38,426 bases of DNA from Octopus bimaculoides (GCF_001194135.2 NC_068987.1:55667480-55705905); one strand, 5' to 3'; counted from the first letter of the stretch, positions 24,050-36,409 are shown. Notes: generated from the letters alone by a model not told the origin. Numbers and translations are program-made.

Positions 24050-25130
24050 AAAAAAAGAAAAAAAAATGTGTATAGATTACACTCCAAACTCTATTCCGAA
24101 GAAAACCATTTAGTAAAACATAATCAATCAAAGACGGGAAACATACTAGAAAAAGGAAATCAATAAATAAACTATCGCACTTTAATCCCTCATTATCTAA
24201 AACAGATTTATCAGTAACTGATAGTTTTATCAATTATTGAACAATACATCGAAACAATGAGTTTGTTGTTGATACACTGTTCATATTTATCTAAACTGTA
24301 TTGTAACACGAACAGGCGAACTTGTCGTATGGGATCACTTTTATGCTCTTGTGGACACTATTCAGCAGAAATGTATAGCACTAAATATTTCAATATTAAA
24401 ATGATCAGATTGAGAAAGATAAAAATTTAAAGTCAATCTTCAAAAGGTTACTAATGTTAAAAAATACAATATATTTTGAAGGATCTAAGATCTTTCATTT
24501 CATTGACGCAACCAAAAGATTTTACAACAAAAACATTTAAACGCCTTTGTTGTTTTTCTTGTTTAGTCATTTCATTAAATTTTATCATATTATTAGATAG
24601 ACTTTTTAAAGACGGTAATGGTTTCCTTGCCTTTTTTGAACGTTTAAATTAATAAAACAACACACAATAAATGAAATATCTACAAAAGGTTAAACTGAAA
24701 CTGCCAAAGTTATAATCACGAACATAATAAATCTCCATTTTAACATCGTTTTCTTTTGTCTTTTTTAAAGACTTTGCAACATTAGCAGCACTTAATCGTG
24801 CACCATTATTTTCACACACGCACGCATATTTCCTTAATTGCCCATATATATTTTCTTGTATATTTACATTGATGATTTTCATACATATATCATTCACTTT
24901 TACCATTACTACGCAAAGTGTTAAAAGTATAACCACCTTTGTTTTTCAAACATTAGAGATATATAAACAACCAATAATACTTCTTTGTTATTCCACAGTG
25001 ACCGAATAGTGCTATTCAAGCATTTCTTCTGGAAACCGCTTACATATCAAATTTTGATATTTTATTTTCATAACAGTCTAATGATCAACATCAAGATTTT
25101 TCTAAAGAGATTTGTAAAGCTTTACCCAAT
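24050..25130 (-). pseudogene. Decayed coding remnant, possibly a DNA transposase
   Basis: Long stop-poor frame. NGKSE* followed by IYGQLRKYA loosely resembles the HGKG.CD...G..KR motif of some DDE transposases. Weak. Confidence 0.25.
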
Positions 25131-25149
25131 AATAAATTTGTCTTTCTCT

Positions 25150-25157
25150 CACCTTAT

Positions 25158-25222
<65 letters not shown>

Positions 25223-25372
25223 TACATACATACATATATGTATATGTAAACACATATAAACATACATATATACACATATATACACACATATATATATACA
25301 CAGATATATGTACACACATATGTGTGTGTATGTGTGTGTGTATGTGTGTGTGTATGTGTGTGTGTATGTGTA

Positions 25373-25407
<35 letters not shown>

Positions 25408-25410
25408 ATG
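25150..25410. repeat. (CA)n...(TG)n compound microsatellite
   Basis: Directly visible. Confidence 0.95.
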
Positions 25411-25814
25411 TGAGTGTGTATCATACTAAATGTATGGCTGGAAGGCATGAAGCAACGGAACTGTCTGACATAAAATCTCTTAGATTTGTTGTGTTAAAAA
25501 CAAAATATGTATCGGAAAGAAAGGGGGAGAGAAAGAGAGAAAAACAGACAAACAAACAGACGAATCTCAACGCTGCAGTGACTCGCATCTTAACCATTAT
25601 TGAGGCTTGTCAAAGCTGTTCACTAGATCTTCATCTGATGGAAAGAAATTTGAGCCCCGATACGAAGAAAACAGTGAACAATACATTCACTGATATAATA
25701 TGACATAATGAGACACAACATCAACCAAACGCGAAGCCGCAAACAGACACAACTCTTTGTCTCTCTGTCTTTAACCATTTCTCTCTCTATATATATACAC
25801 ACACATGAATCAGT

Positions 25815-25862
25815 GTTATTGAATCAAGGGTTCTGTTCAAACAGAACCCTTGATTCAATAAC
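25815..25862. repeat. Perfect 22-bp inverted repeat with 4-nt loop
   Basis: GTTATTGAATCAAGGGTTCTGT-TCAA-ACAGAACCCTTGATTCAATAAC. Confidence 0.95.
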
Positions 25863-25884
25863 TGTGTATAAACTCTGTATTTGG

Positions 25885-26010
25885 AATGACCAATTTCAAA
25901 GACTGTTGGATTTTACTCATAGGGTATTGGAATCTTAATAATGGATTTACAAATGCAATGACTAATCTTAATGACTATTGGAGTTTACTCACAAGGTATT
26001 GGAATCTTAT
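25885..26010. repeat. Diverged 72-bp tandem duplication
   Basis: AATGAC...TTTACTCA...GGTATTGGAATCTT starts at 25885 and 25957. Confidence 0.85.
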
Positions 26011-26120
26011 ATGTATACCATTCTGCCTAAACAATGGATCTACAAATACAATATCCCTACACACACTCTCTACTTCCTATCATATCTAAACTAACTATTG
26101 CTTAACCATCCTGTCACACC

Positions 26121-26167
26121 GTCTCCGATGAAGGGATATAATAAATATCCTGGAAACAGCTGTAAGA
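26121..26167 (+). ncRNA. Minimal type I hammerhead ribozyme (U4C core variant)
   Basis: Stem I GTCT/AGAC, CCGATGA, stem II GGGATAT/ATATCCT, GAAA, palindromic CAGCTG, GUA site at 26161-26163. Confidence 0.78.
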
Positions 26168-26673
26168 CCTTCTATTTATAGATGTTCTATATTATACACA
26201 TCCTTGTTTTTTTTTATCTCATTACGAAAAGTAAATCNNNNNNNNNNNNNNNNNNNNNNNNNNNNNNNNNNNNNNNNNNNNNNNNNNNNNNNNNNNNNNN
26301 NNNNNNNNNNNNNNNNNNNNNNNNNNNNNNNNNNNNNNNNNNNNNNNNNNNNNNNNNNNNNNNNNNNNNNNNNNNNNNNNNNNNNNNNNNNNNNNNNNNN
26401 NNNNNNNNNNNNNNNNNNNNNNNNNNNNNNNNNNNNNNNNNNNNNNNNNNNNNNNNNNNNNNNNNNNNNNNNNNNNNNNNNNNNNNNNNNNNNNNNNNNN
26501 NNNNNNNNNNNNNNNNNNNNNNNNNNNNNNNNNNNNNNNNNNNNNNNNNNNNNNNNNNNNNNNNNNNNNNNNNNNNNNNNNNNNNNNNNNNNNNNNNNNN
26601 NNNNNNNNNNNNNNNNNNNNNNNNNNNNNNNNNNNNNNNNNNNNNNNNNNNNNNNNNNNNNNNNNNNNNNNNN

Positions 26674-27420
26674 GGGAAGAACTTCCTAGCCAAGTTCCCT
26701 CAACTTCTGGAAAGTCATTAGTGAAACGTGTGGTCAAGCATTGTCATGAATAATGATTGGCCCTCTTCTGTAGACCATTCTGGGACCGAGAAGTAGCAGT
26801 TTTTCGTTCATTTTGGCAATTTCATGGCAATATGTTTCTGCAGTAATGGTTTTTCCGGGTTTTAAGAAGTTATAGAGGATGTGTCCAGCAGTACACCACC
26901 AAACAGTCAGCATAATCTTTTTTTTTTTGAAATGCTAGAGTATAGAGAAGGTTTTCGATGCTTCATTTTGGTCCAACCACTGCGAAAAACGATTTTTATT
27001 ATTGTACAGAATCCACTTTTCGTCACCAGATTTCAATACGATCGACAAATGGATCGGTCTGGTTACAGAGAAGAAGCAAATTTCATATCTGCACATTTTC
27101 TGATTTTCCTTCAAATCGTGTGGTACCCATTTGTCGAGCGTTTTTGATTTTCCGATCACAAGCAAATGGTTGCAGGCAGTTTTCTGGCTAACTTGAAGTT
27201 TTTTTTGTCAGTTCTCGAGTGGTTTTACGTGGATTTTTCTCAATGATGGTCTTTAATTGATCGTCATCAATGAAAGATAGGCGTCCACTAAACTCACGAT
27301 CTTCGAGGCTTAGTTCTCCACTGTAAAATCATTTAAACCATTTTCTAGCTGACCACTCACTGGTCATTTCCTCACCAAACGTTTCGTTGATATCGCGAGC
27401 AGTTTCAACCGACCGGAACG
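26674..27420 (-). pseudogene. Mariner (DD34D-type) transposase remnant
   Basis: KWVPHDL, KSGDEKWILYNN, ARKWF and EDREFSGR motifs in broken frames. Confidence 0.88.
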
Positions 27421-27767
27421 ATTGATGATCGTTTCCCACAGGGTAGCCAACCACGCAGAACGACAAACTTGAACATTGGAGAAACATGACGTCACTAGTA
27501 CTTTAACGAATCAAAAATCAGATCCGCTCTCGGAAAAAAATTATAAATACACCTGATTCCAAAACAAACCGCTACAAGCGAAATAGAATCAGAGAAACTG
27601 TAAACCAAATTCCCTTTTTTTACTATCTTCATTTCTCCTTTGTTTTTTCCCTCTTAACTCACTATGATTGAAACTTTGATGATATTCATTTCTTGTCGAT
27701 CACTACTAATACTAATGAGCTTTGTACGTTCAAACAGATTGATGCACAGTTTTAATATTATTGACTC

Positions 27768-27915
27768 TTATGAACATTTAAACTTGTCAACATTGAAATT
27801 CCTGTACCTGTTCTTCTAATTCATAATTCTAAAGTTGTCTGTTATGAACATTTTAATTTGTCAACATTGAAACTTTTGAAGATGTTTTCCTAATTCATAA
27901 TTTTAAACTTTTACC
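27768..27915. repeat. Diverged 74-bp tandem duplication
   Basis: TTATGAACATTT...TTGTCAACATTGAAA...CTAATTCATAATT starts at 27768 and 27842. Confidence 0.85.
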
Positions 27916-28152
27916 ATTGATAGACAACAATATTGTTGAAACTAGTTTGGTATATATGTAAATAAATATATTTCAAACAATTGCAAGTTTTCCAAATTCA
28001 GGTGCATTTTGAACAACAAACTTGCCTATATATATATATATATAATAATATAGATTTAATCAAAAGATTAAATGTGGTACTTAAAATGTTTGAGGCACCA
28101 GAATTTGGTAGGATAAAAACCAAAAACAAAATCAAGAGATTTGGTGAATAAA

Positions 28153-28670
<518 letters not shown>

Positions 28671-28771
28671 TATTATACAGAACAAGCAAATTAGCTAGTT
28701 AGAAAATCTTGATAAGGAATGAAAGTAGTAAATATACTGAGTAGTAATGTTTATTGCCACATTAATATGAC

Positions 28772-29243
28772 TTCGATGTTACTACCATTTTTAACCTCAG
28801 GAAGAACCTCCTCCAGCTTGTTATTGATGTATTCTGCACCGGTATATGTTTCAAGTAGGGTAACGAACCCCTACCATCTTCTAGGAGACGACGGGATCAC
28901 CAGATCTAATGGTTTAGGACTATTTGTGCCCATCGTCAGTGGTGAACACACTTAAAGAGATTTTCTAACGAGCTACTTTGCTTGTTGCAAGATAAATGAC
29001 TGATGGTCGCTTAGCTTTCTATATATTGCGAGCTGGATCGAATTCCTGCTATTTCTAGCGACTGACTATTCACCACTGACGATGGGCACAAATACTCCGA
29101 AACTGTTCGGTCTGGTGGTCCTTTCGTCTACTAGATGATAGGGATTCTCTTCCCTACTTGCAATATATAGCAGATGCAGATTTAATCGATAACCAACTGG
29201 AAGAAGCTCTTCCTGGGGTTAAAAAAATGGTAGTAACGTCGAA
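28772..29243. mobile_element. Second fold-back element: about 175-bp diverged inverted arms, 122-bp spacer, HHR at the inner edge of each arm
   Basis: 28772-28946 aligns to the reverse complement of 29069-29243. The inner 26 bp are identical. Confidence 0.85.
29071..29117 (+). ncRNA. Type I hammerhead ribozyme motif with weakened stem II
   Basis: CACCA-CTGACGA-TGGGCACAAATACTCC-GAAA-CTGTTCG-GTC-TGGTG, with a 5-bp stem I. Confidence 0.68.
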
Positions 29244-29334
29244 CAGCCATGTTCTCTCTCTCTGTCTGTCTCTCTCTGTCTCTCTGTCTCTGTCTCTGTC
29301 TCTGTCTCTCTGTCTCTGTCTCTCTTTCTCTCTC

Positions 29335-29365
<31 letters not shown>

Positions 29366-29380
29366 ACGCACACACATATA

Positions 29381-29677
29381 ATGGACTCTCCCGTCGTTTA
29401 ACGACGGACGAGGCTTCCGCAAATTCTTACTGAACAACCACACAGATGATTTGTTTATAGTGATCAAATGCTTGTGTTTACGTAAACTCAACCACTCCAT
29501 TAAATCGACAAAACCTATAGAGACCGCAAGTGTGTCAGACATCAGATGTTGAGATGGTCGCAGAGTAACGTGAAATGAAAAGTTTTCCTCAAGAAAAACG
29601 CGAACCCCGTACGATAATCGATCCCACAATCTGGCGATCGTGAGTACAACACCCGATCCTCTAAGTGACATGCCTCC
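29381..29677 (-). mobile_element. tRNA-derived SINE, family D
   Basis: Minus-strand head GGAGGCATGTCACTTAGAGGATCGGGTGTT...GGATCGATT. 3' terminus resembles that of family A; middle is different. Confidence 0.65.
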
Positions 29678-29695
29678 ATCCTATGTATATAGTGT

Positions 29696-29851
29696 TCGAT
29701 GCTGAAAGGGGATAACCACACCGAAACGCACGCATCCATCGATCTTGGTAGGGAGCTCACCGGATTGACTCGGTGTGTTTATACCTATTTGTATACAGGA
29801 TATTTCTCCATGACAAAATGCAGTGAACAGGTTCGAATATGCCTCAAGCAC

Positions 29852-29932
<81 letters not shown>

Positions 29933-30600
29933 ACACACACACACACAGAGTTCAAATATGCTTCGGGCATCTTTGAACCCGTAAGAAAGCTATTCACTGT
30001 ATTTTGTCATGGAAGAAATTTCTCACTGTAGATGTAAATACATCAAGTCAGCTCAAAGCACCAGACTGTGAAATGCATGCATTTCGGAGTGGTTATTTCA
30101 TCTTTAGTCACACAGTCCGGAAAAGGGAAAAGCTGCAAACTAATACAAGTGATAGGTTCCTCATGATATTCCCGTCATCGTTCAGTAACTGGTTGCGCTA
30201 TTCAGCGGTTTACCGTAGATAAAATACGGGATGATAGCGGTAAGCAGTGACGTATATAAATGCAAGCCTGTTACCTGTTCAAATATACTTCAGGTATATT
30301 CGAACCTGTTAGAAAGCCATTCACTGTATTTTGTCATGCAGAACATTTTTTGCTGCAAACAAAAAGGTGTAACGCAGCACCCCACAGTGGCTGAAGAGGA
30401 GATTAACACTTCGAAATACATGCACCTTGCACGTATTTCTGATTAGGTGTCACCGAGCTGATTAGGTGTCACTGTATTTACATCTATTTGTCGAATTTTT
30501 CCCCATGACAAAATACAGTCATTGGCTTTCTTACGGGTTCGAATATGCCTCAAACATATTTGAACTGGTAACAAATTTGCACTTTAACACATCACTGCTG
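29696..30600. repeat. Cluster of four copies (+,-,-,+) of a module, three preceded by decayed HHR motifs
   Basis: CCATGACAAAAT(A/G)CAGTGAA...GGTTCGAATATGCC module at about 29780, 29950, 30250 and 30472. HHR-like motifs at 29696-29742 (+), 30067-30112 (-) and 30386-30430 (+). Confidence 0.75.
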
Positions 30601-30699
30601 ATCAGTGTCACCTCGTGTACACACACACACACACACATAAGTACGGTGCGGTATGCTGCACAGTTGCACTCATGTGTTATTGATCAATATGAAACTTCT

Positions 30700-30790
30700 A
30701 CAGAAGGAGGCTCCTACCTAAAGTGTCGTGTAGTGGCTTTGAATCCGAAACCATGCTGTTGCGAATTGAACTTCTTAACCACACAAATAT
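30700..30790 (-). mobile_element. Head fragment of family-C SINE
   Basis: Minus strand TGTGTGGTTAAGAAGTT...CATGGTTTCGGATTCA resembles the head of 37553-37890. Confidence 0.5.
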
Positions 30791-31145
30791 GCATATTCAT
30801 TTATATGTGAATAAACACCTCTCTGTCTCTCTGTCTCTCTGTCTCTCTGTCTCTCTGTCTCTCTGTCTCTCTGTCTCTCTCTGTCTNNNNNNNNNNNNNN
30901 NNNNNNNNNNNNNNNNNNNNNNNNNNNNNNNNNNNNNNNNNNNNNNNNNNNNNNNNNNNNNNNNNNNNNNNNNNNNNNNNNNNNNNNNNNNNNNNNNNNN
31001 NNNNNNNNNNNNNNNNNNNNNNNNNNNNNNNNNNNNNNNNNNNNNNNNNNNNNNNNNNNNNNNNNNNNNNNNNNNNNNNNNNNNNNNNNNNNNNNNNNNN
31101 NNNNNNNNNNNNNNNNNNNNNNNNNNNNNNNNNNNNNNNNNNNNN

Positions 31146-31184
<39 letters not shown>

Positions 31185-31939
31185 CACACACACTCTCACA
31201 CACACACACAACACATGTATGCTTGTAATATCAAAACATCTCTCTCACTCCCTCCCTCCCTCTCTCTATGTGTGTAACCGCTCGTGATTCTCTGAAACTG
31301 TTGTTTCTAATCAACGTTTTGTTTGTTCGTAAGCTCATTGTCTTCTTCTTATCCCCATTATACATTGTCAATAGAGTTGAAGTTATCATCCAGATATGGA
31401 TTTATTTCTCCATTATATATACAGACATTCGTTTCAAAATCTCTTTCGCATCAGAACATCTCTGTAGGGTTTCAATTTCAAATTTAACTTTCAGAAATAT
31501 TTTTTTGAAAATGTTTATCTTTTATTTGTATCTGTTTCATGAAAATAGACGTGTATGTTAGGCAGGAATGAAGGAAAAAATGTTATCTATTGGCTTATAT
31601 GATTTTATTCTTGTTTTCCTTTGTTAAATTTTTCTCGGAGAATTTTGTATTAAAAATCATAGAACATAGTGTAAAGAGAATACTTTTTGGGGAAGATTAA
31701 GACTTCGTTCATTTCTTCATTTCTTAACAGATTAAATACTTGCATTCGAGGTTGAAGTTCTTCAATGAAGATAATTGCTGTAGTTGTTCCTATCATTATA
31801 TCCAATTTTAATGATGGAATGAAATTTGTGTTTTGAATTTTGCTTGGAAAAATATCAATCTTCGTCAATGTCAACAGGAGGTATTAGGTTCCAGAAAGAT
31901 AAAACTTCTGTTTAAATAATTTGTTTATCCGTCTCCCCA

Positions 31940-32830
31940 ACGTTAAGTACTTCCATGCACAACCTTTACATGGACGGTCGTGTTTGTTTACATGTAGATC
32001 CCATTTTTCTTATCATTCATCTATATCAACGGTTCTCAACCGGGGCCCATATAGCTACTGAGGCTCCATATAGCTACTGAGGCTCCATATAAGATTTTTC
32101 GGGATCCACACAAGAAAATAGTAAACTGGAGATCCACAACAGTATTTTAAAAATTTTGCTTTAGGTGTATGTATTGGTATATATTGCAAGAAACAGCTAG
32201 GTTTCTTTCTCTGTTTTACATAGTTCAACCTATACAAATTAATGCGTGAAAAACAAAATAAGAATTTTGAAACAAGTTTCTATAAAGCTAGTTTGGCTAT
32301 GGGGGTCCACCAGAATAAGATATTAATAAAAGGGTCCATAGATAAAAAATGGTTGAGAACCCCTGATCTATATCATCTGGAAAATAGCGTCAAAGACATC
32401 CACTTACTGTGGCTCAAAATCTCCTACAGCACTCTATTCCTTTAAATAGAACTGCTTACTCTACTGTTTTCGAACCCCTAACCACCAGCTACTTGACCAT
32501 ACCTCTTCTTATATTGAGAACATATATCTCATTCGATTCTTTGCTGAATTCATTGTCCTCATTGGCCTAAACCTCACTACTCTTTTTGGTTCTCACACTT
32601 AACACATATTGGTGCCACCAGTGAAGAAATCGATTTTTCCGCAATCCTCAACTCTTTAGATCTGTTAGTTGCATCTATTACATAATCTCTAGACTAAACG
32701 CAAAAACTCTAAGTATTTTTGACTTTATTCTCAACTTCAAATCCTATCACTACCAAAGTATCCATTACTTCACCTATTCGTTCATCTTACCAAGGTTTTA
32801 TCGCAACTACCCACTGCATAGTTAGTATGC
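31940..32830 (+). pseudogene. CR1/L2/Jockey-group LINE APE endonuclease remnant, interrupted by a hAT MITE
   Basis: After removing the MITE: HGRSCLF...HLENSVKDIHLLWLKIS...AILNSLDLLV...FLTLFSTSNP. Motif order matches an APE domain. Confidence 0.5.
32027..32365. mobile_element. hAT-type MITE, 339 bp, with 8-bp TSD
   Basis: TIRs CAACGGTTCTCAACC / GGTTGAGAACCCCTG. TSD ATCTATAT at 32019-32026 and 32366-32373. Internal 19-bp tandem duplication. Confidence 0.93.
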
Positions 32831-33052
32831 AATGCTTACTACAGTCTATAGCAATTCACGCCAGCTAAATGGTGATACATACATAAACAGTTCCTTCAGT
32901 TCCTTAGCATCAGCTGTGTTTCAATCTCATCCCTACCAATACTACAAAAAAAAACAAAAAAACTTGAGCGGTATCTGACACTTTCCTCTTGAGTGTCACG
33001 TCCTTCCACATATTACAACTCAGTCTAATTTCCCTAGGTGACTCACTCATAA

Positions 33053-33190
33053 ATGTTCAAGTTCCGCCGTGGCTGACTTAGCCTTTCATCCTTTCGAGAC
33101 AATAAAATAAATACTAGTTGCACTACGGGGTCGATGATATCGGCTGGCCCCCTCCCATAAAATCTAAGGCCTTCTGTCTATAAGTGAAAA
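33053..33190 (+). mobile_element. Partial family-B SINE (tail type ii)
   Basis: GTTCAAGTTCCGCC...GCCTTTCATCCTTTCG...GGGGTCGATG...AGGCCTT. Confidence 0.75.
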
Positions 33191-33879
33191 ATTTAACTAC
33201 GGCTTCAATGCTCCTAATAAATACCACTACCTCCTGCTTCTCTTATCCGGTAAAATAAAACCCATTTGAATTTTGTAAAAGCAGTGTTAGTAAATATACA
33301 GGTAACCATAGCAACTATTTGGCTCTCTCCATAAGTTTGTTCTGTTTTTGATCGGTTCTAATTTTTCCCACCTGCCGTTTTTGCACCCACCTCTTCTCCT
33401 CTCTGTGTTCAGTAAATATTTTTTTGATAGAAAATTGCTTCATATATGTAGAAAATATGCAAATAATGAAATCTTAGAAACACAGTAAGATTTCTCTGTA
33501 ATTGATTTCTGAAAATAAACTGCCGCAAATAATGAAAAAAAAAAAAAAGTATTTATTTTTTATTTAAATATTTTAAAACTTGTTGGTTTTGAAAAGTTGA
33601 CCTGAATGTTAAATTTAACTAAAATATCACATACATGCACGCATACACTCGCAGAGAAAGAATCACATACACACGCACACACACGCTTACACATACACAA
33701 ATACACACATACGCTTATACATACACAAACACGCACACACACACACGGCTTTTTATGCATATGAGTCTTGTGCGTTTGAGTGCATCGGCGTGCTGATGTG
33801 CGTGTATATGTGGCCATGCATTCATACATGATAACATTAAACTCTCAGACATATACATATGTATGCGTTTAATACTTAT

Positions 33880-35040
33880 GCATAAAGAATACGTTACGGT
33901 TTTCGTTTTAACGTCTCTATATAGGTGTAGTAGTGGAGGCGCAATGGCCCAGTGGTTAGGGCAGCGGTTTCGATTCCCAGACCGAGCGTTGTGAGTGTTT
34001 ATTGAGTGAAAACACCAAAAGCTTCACGAGGCTCCGGCAGGGGGTGGTGGTGACCCCTGCTGTACTCTTCCACCACAACTTTCTCTCACTCTTACTTCCT
34101 GTTGTGCCTGTAATTCAAAGGATCAGCCTTGTCACACTGTGTCACGCTGAATATCCCCAAGAACTACGTTAAGGGTACACGTGTCTGCGGAGTGCTCAGC
34201 CACTTGCACGTTAATTTCACGAGCAGGCTGTTCCGTTGATCGGATCAACTGGAACCCTCGACGTCGTAAGCGACGGAGTGCCAACAATAGGTGTAGTATG
34301 GCTGGAAGTTTATAGAAGCTCGCTTCATTGTCACAAAGTCCAAGATTCTTTCTTACTACCTGATATCTAAGAGATATGTCACTTTCTATACTCGCGAGTC
34401 GACCCATACTTTGGGACTGAAATTGGATATACGGAGACTTTATAGAGGTCTGTCGGTTAGATATTTCCTGTAATTCCAAAAGTACAGTTTTGTCAAGCCT
34501 TGAGTCACGCTGGTTCCACCTAAGTCTTATGTCTCGAGTAGATGTATCTATGGGATGCTCAATTACCATCACATTAATTCAGTAGCAGATAATTCAGTTG
34601 ATCAAACAATTGAATACTCATCGTCGAACGACGGAGATCCACTACCATCACCCCCGTCCCCCACCACCGCCGTCAATATCTGTATGCGTGTGCATAAAAG
34701 AGTGAGAGAGAGGAGGAGAGGGAGAGAGAGAGCAAGAGAGAGAGAGGGAGGGAGAGCGAGAGAGAGAGAGGAAGAGATAGCGAGAAAGAATGTGTGTGTG
34801 TGTGTGTGTGTGTGTGCTATGAACATAGATATAGCTGAGTTGTTAAGTTTACATTGCAACCATGATGCCCCTTTTCGAATCCACTCTCTGGTATCTTAGA
34901 CATGTTCCTTTCACCTTTTACCATCGACGAAAGCTCTGTGAAAGAAATTGGCAATATGAATCTGTGAGGAAGCCTGCTGAGTGAAGATTGTACATCTAAT
35001 TGAAATAAATCTAGCCTAGTCTCATACTCTGACACGCTGA
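33880..35040 (-). pseudogene. Probable Helitron Rep-helicase N-terminal fragment, interrupted by a SINE and microsatellites
   Basis: IDTSTRDIRLRWN...LDKTVLLELQEI...SPYIQFQ...YKLPA resembles the recalled Helitron segment LD..IL.ELQ.ML...NPY...F....YNLP. Not verified by search. Confidence 0.4.
33933..34286 (+). mobile_element. Family-A SINE with 12-bp TSD and a deletion of about 22 nt in the tRNA head
   Basis: TSD ATAGGTGTAGTA at 33921-33932 and 34287-34298. The deletion is bounded by GCGG microhomology relative to the 3054-3396 copy. Confidence 0.93.
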
Positions 35041-36190
35041 TTCTGCTAGCGAAATACTTTAAGAGTATACGTGTCTACGGGGTACTGGGTTACTTATACG
35101 TCTTCGATACACTGTATACTCTTTCGATACTAGGTAGGTTAGTTGATCGAAGAACTGAAATCCTCATTGTCGATACGCTTATTTATTACACTATATAAAT
35201 ATTTTTGTATCTGTACATTTAACATTAAACATTTAAAACGTCAACAGCATACAATTTTCGATTGTAAGAGTGAAGATCCTAAAATGGATAAAGGAAAGCT
35301 AAGGATTGCAATGATAGAACACATGTAATGCTTAAGAGAGATAGGGATTCGTGATTCGTGGGCTGCCTTCGGCCCTTTTTCCTATCTACAGGGGTTTTCA
35401 ACCCAATATCTATAGCTTATTTATATATAGCTTTATGTGCTAGGATATCCACTGTTCCAAAAAGAATTATGATACAATCTTATATTTTATCATTCATGTA
35501 TATATATATATACGAGTGTGAGTGTGTGTGTGTGTGTGTGTATGTGTGTGTGTGTGTGTGTGTATGTGTGTGTGTGTGTGCGTGTGTGTTTGTGTGTTCG
35601 TGTAAATGTTAAAAACAAGGCTTTTTGGTAAGCTGAAGTTTTGTGCCAATCTCATCACATTTCCCCTTTCTTTTTTTTATAAGAATCAATTAGAATCTAA
35701 TCAAATAAATAAAAAGCAAAACCCCAAAATAAATATATAAATCTAGATAAATAAAAAAAAACAAAACAAGATAATATAAAAAGCAAATACGAATCAGGAC
35801 AGTTCCAACAAAGATTTTACGACTGTTTAATCTGTNNNNNNNNNNNNNNNNNNNNNNNNNNNNNNNNNNNNNNNNNNNNNNNNNNNNNNNNNNNNNNNNN
35901 NNNNNNNNNNNNNNNNNNNNNNNNNNNNNNNNNNNNNNNNNNNNNNNNNNNNNNNNNNNNNNNNNNNNNNNNNNNNNNNNNNNNNNNNNNNNNNNNNNNN
36001 NNNNNNNNNNNNNNNNNNNNNNNNNNNNNNNNNNNNNNNNNNNNNNNNNNNNNNNNNNNNNNNNNNNNNNNNNNNNNNNNNNNNNNNNNNNNNNNNTATA
36101 TATATATATATATAATATACGTATTATATTATGTATGTATATATGTGTATGTGCGCGTATGTGTGTGTATATGTATATATATATATATAT

Positions 36191-36222
<32 letters not shown>

Positions 36223-36336
36223 GGCACGAAAATGCAAATGACACATAGACGCACGCGCACACACACACATTTATATGCATATGTGTTTGAATGTATATGT
36301 ATGTATCAATGTATATGTGTATATGTATGTATATGC

Positions 36337-36368
<32 letters not shown>

Positions 36369-36409
36369 GCGTATATACATACATACATACATACATACAN
36401 NNNNNNNNN

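Noticed and set aside
27410-27445. Hairpin GGAACGAT..ATCGTTTCC with GAAACGATC, HHR-like
   Set aside because: No acceptable catalytic core; treated as a short inverted repeat at the mariner boundary.
31650-31874. 74-aa minus ORF
   Set aside because: No known motif, no proper start, no convincing splice sites.
35790-35835. Minus-strand AAACAGTCGTAA resembling the 3' half of the 26121 HHR
   Set aside because: GAAA is mutated, there is no palindrome, and the rest lies in a gap.
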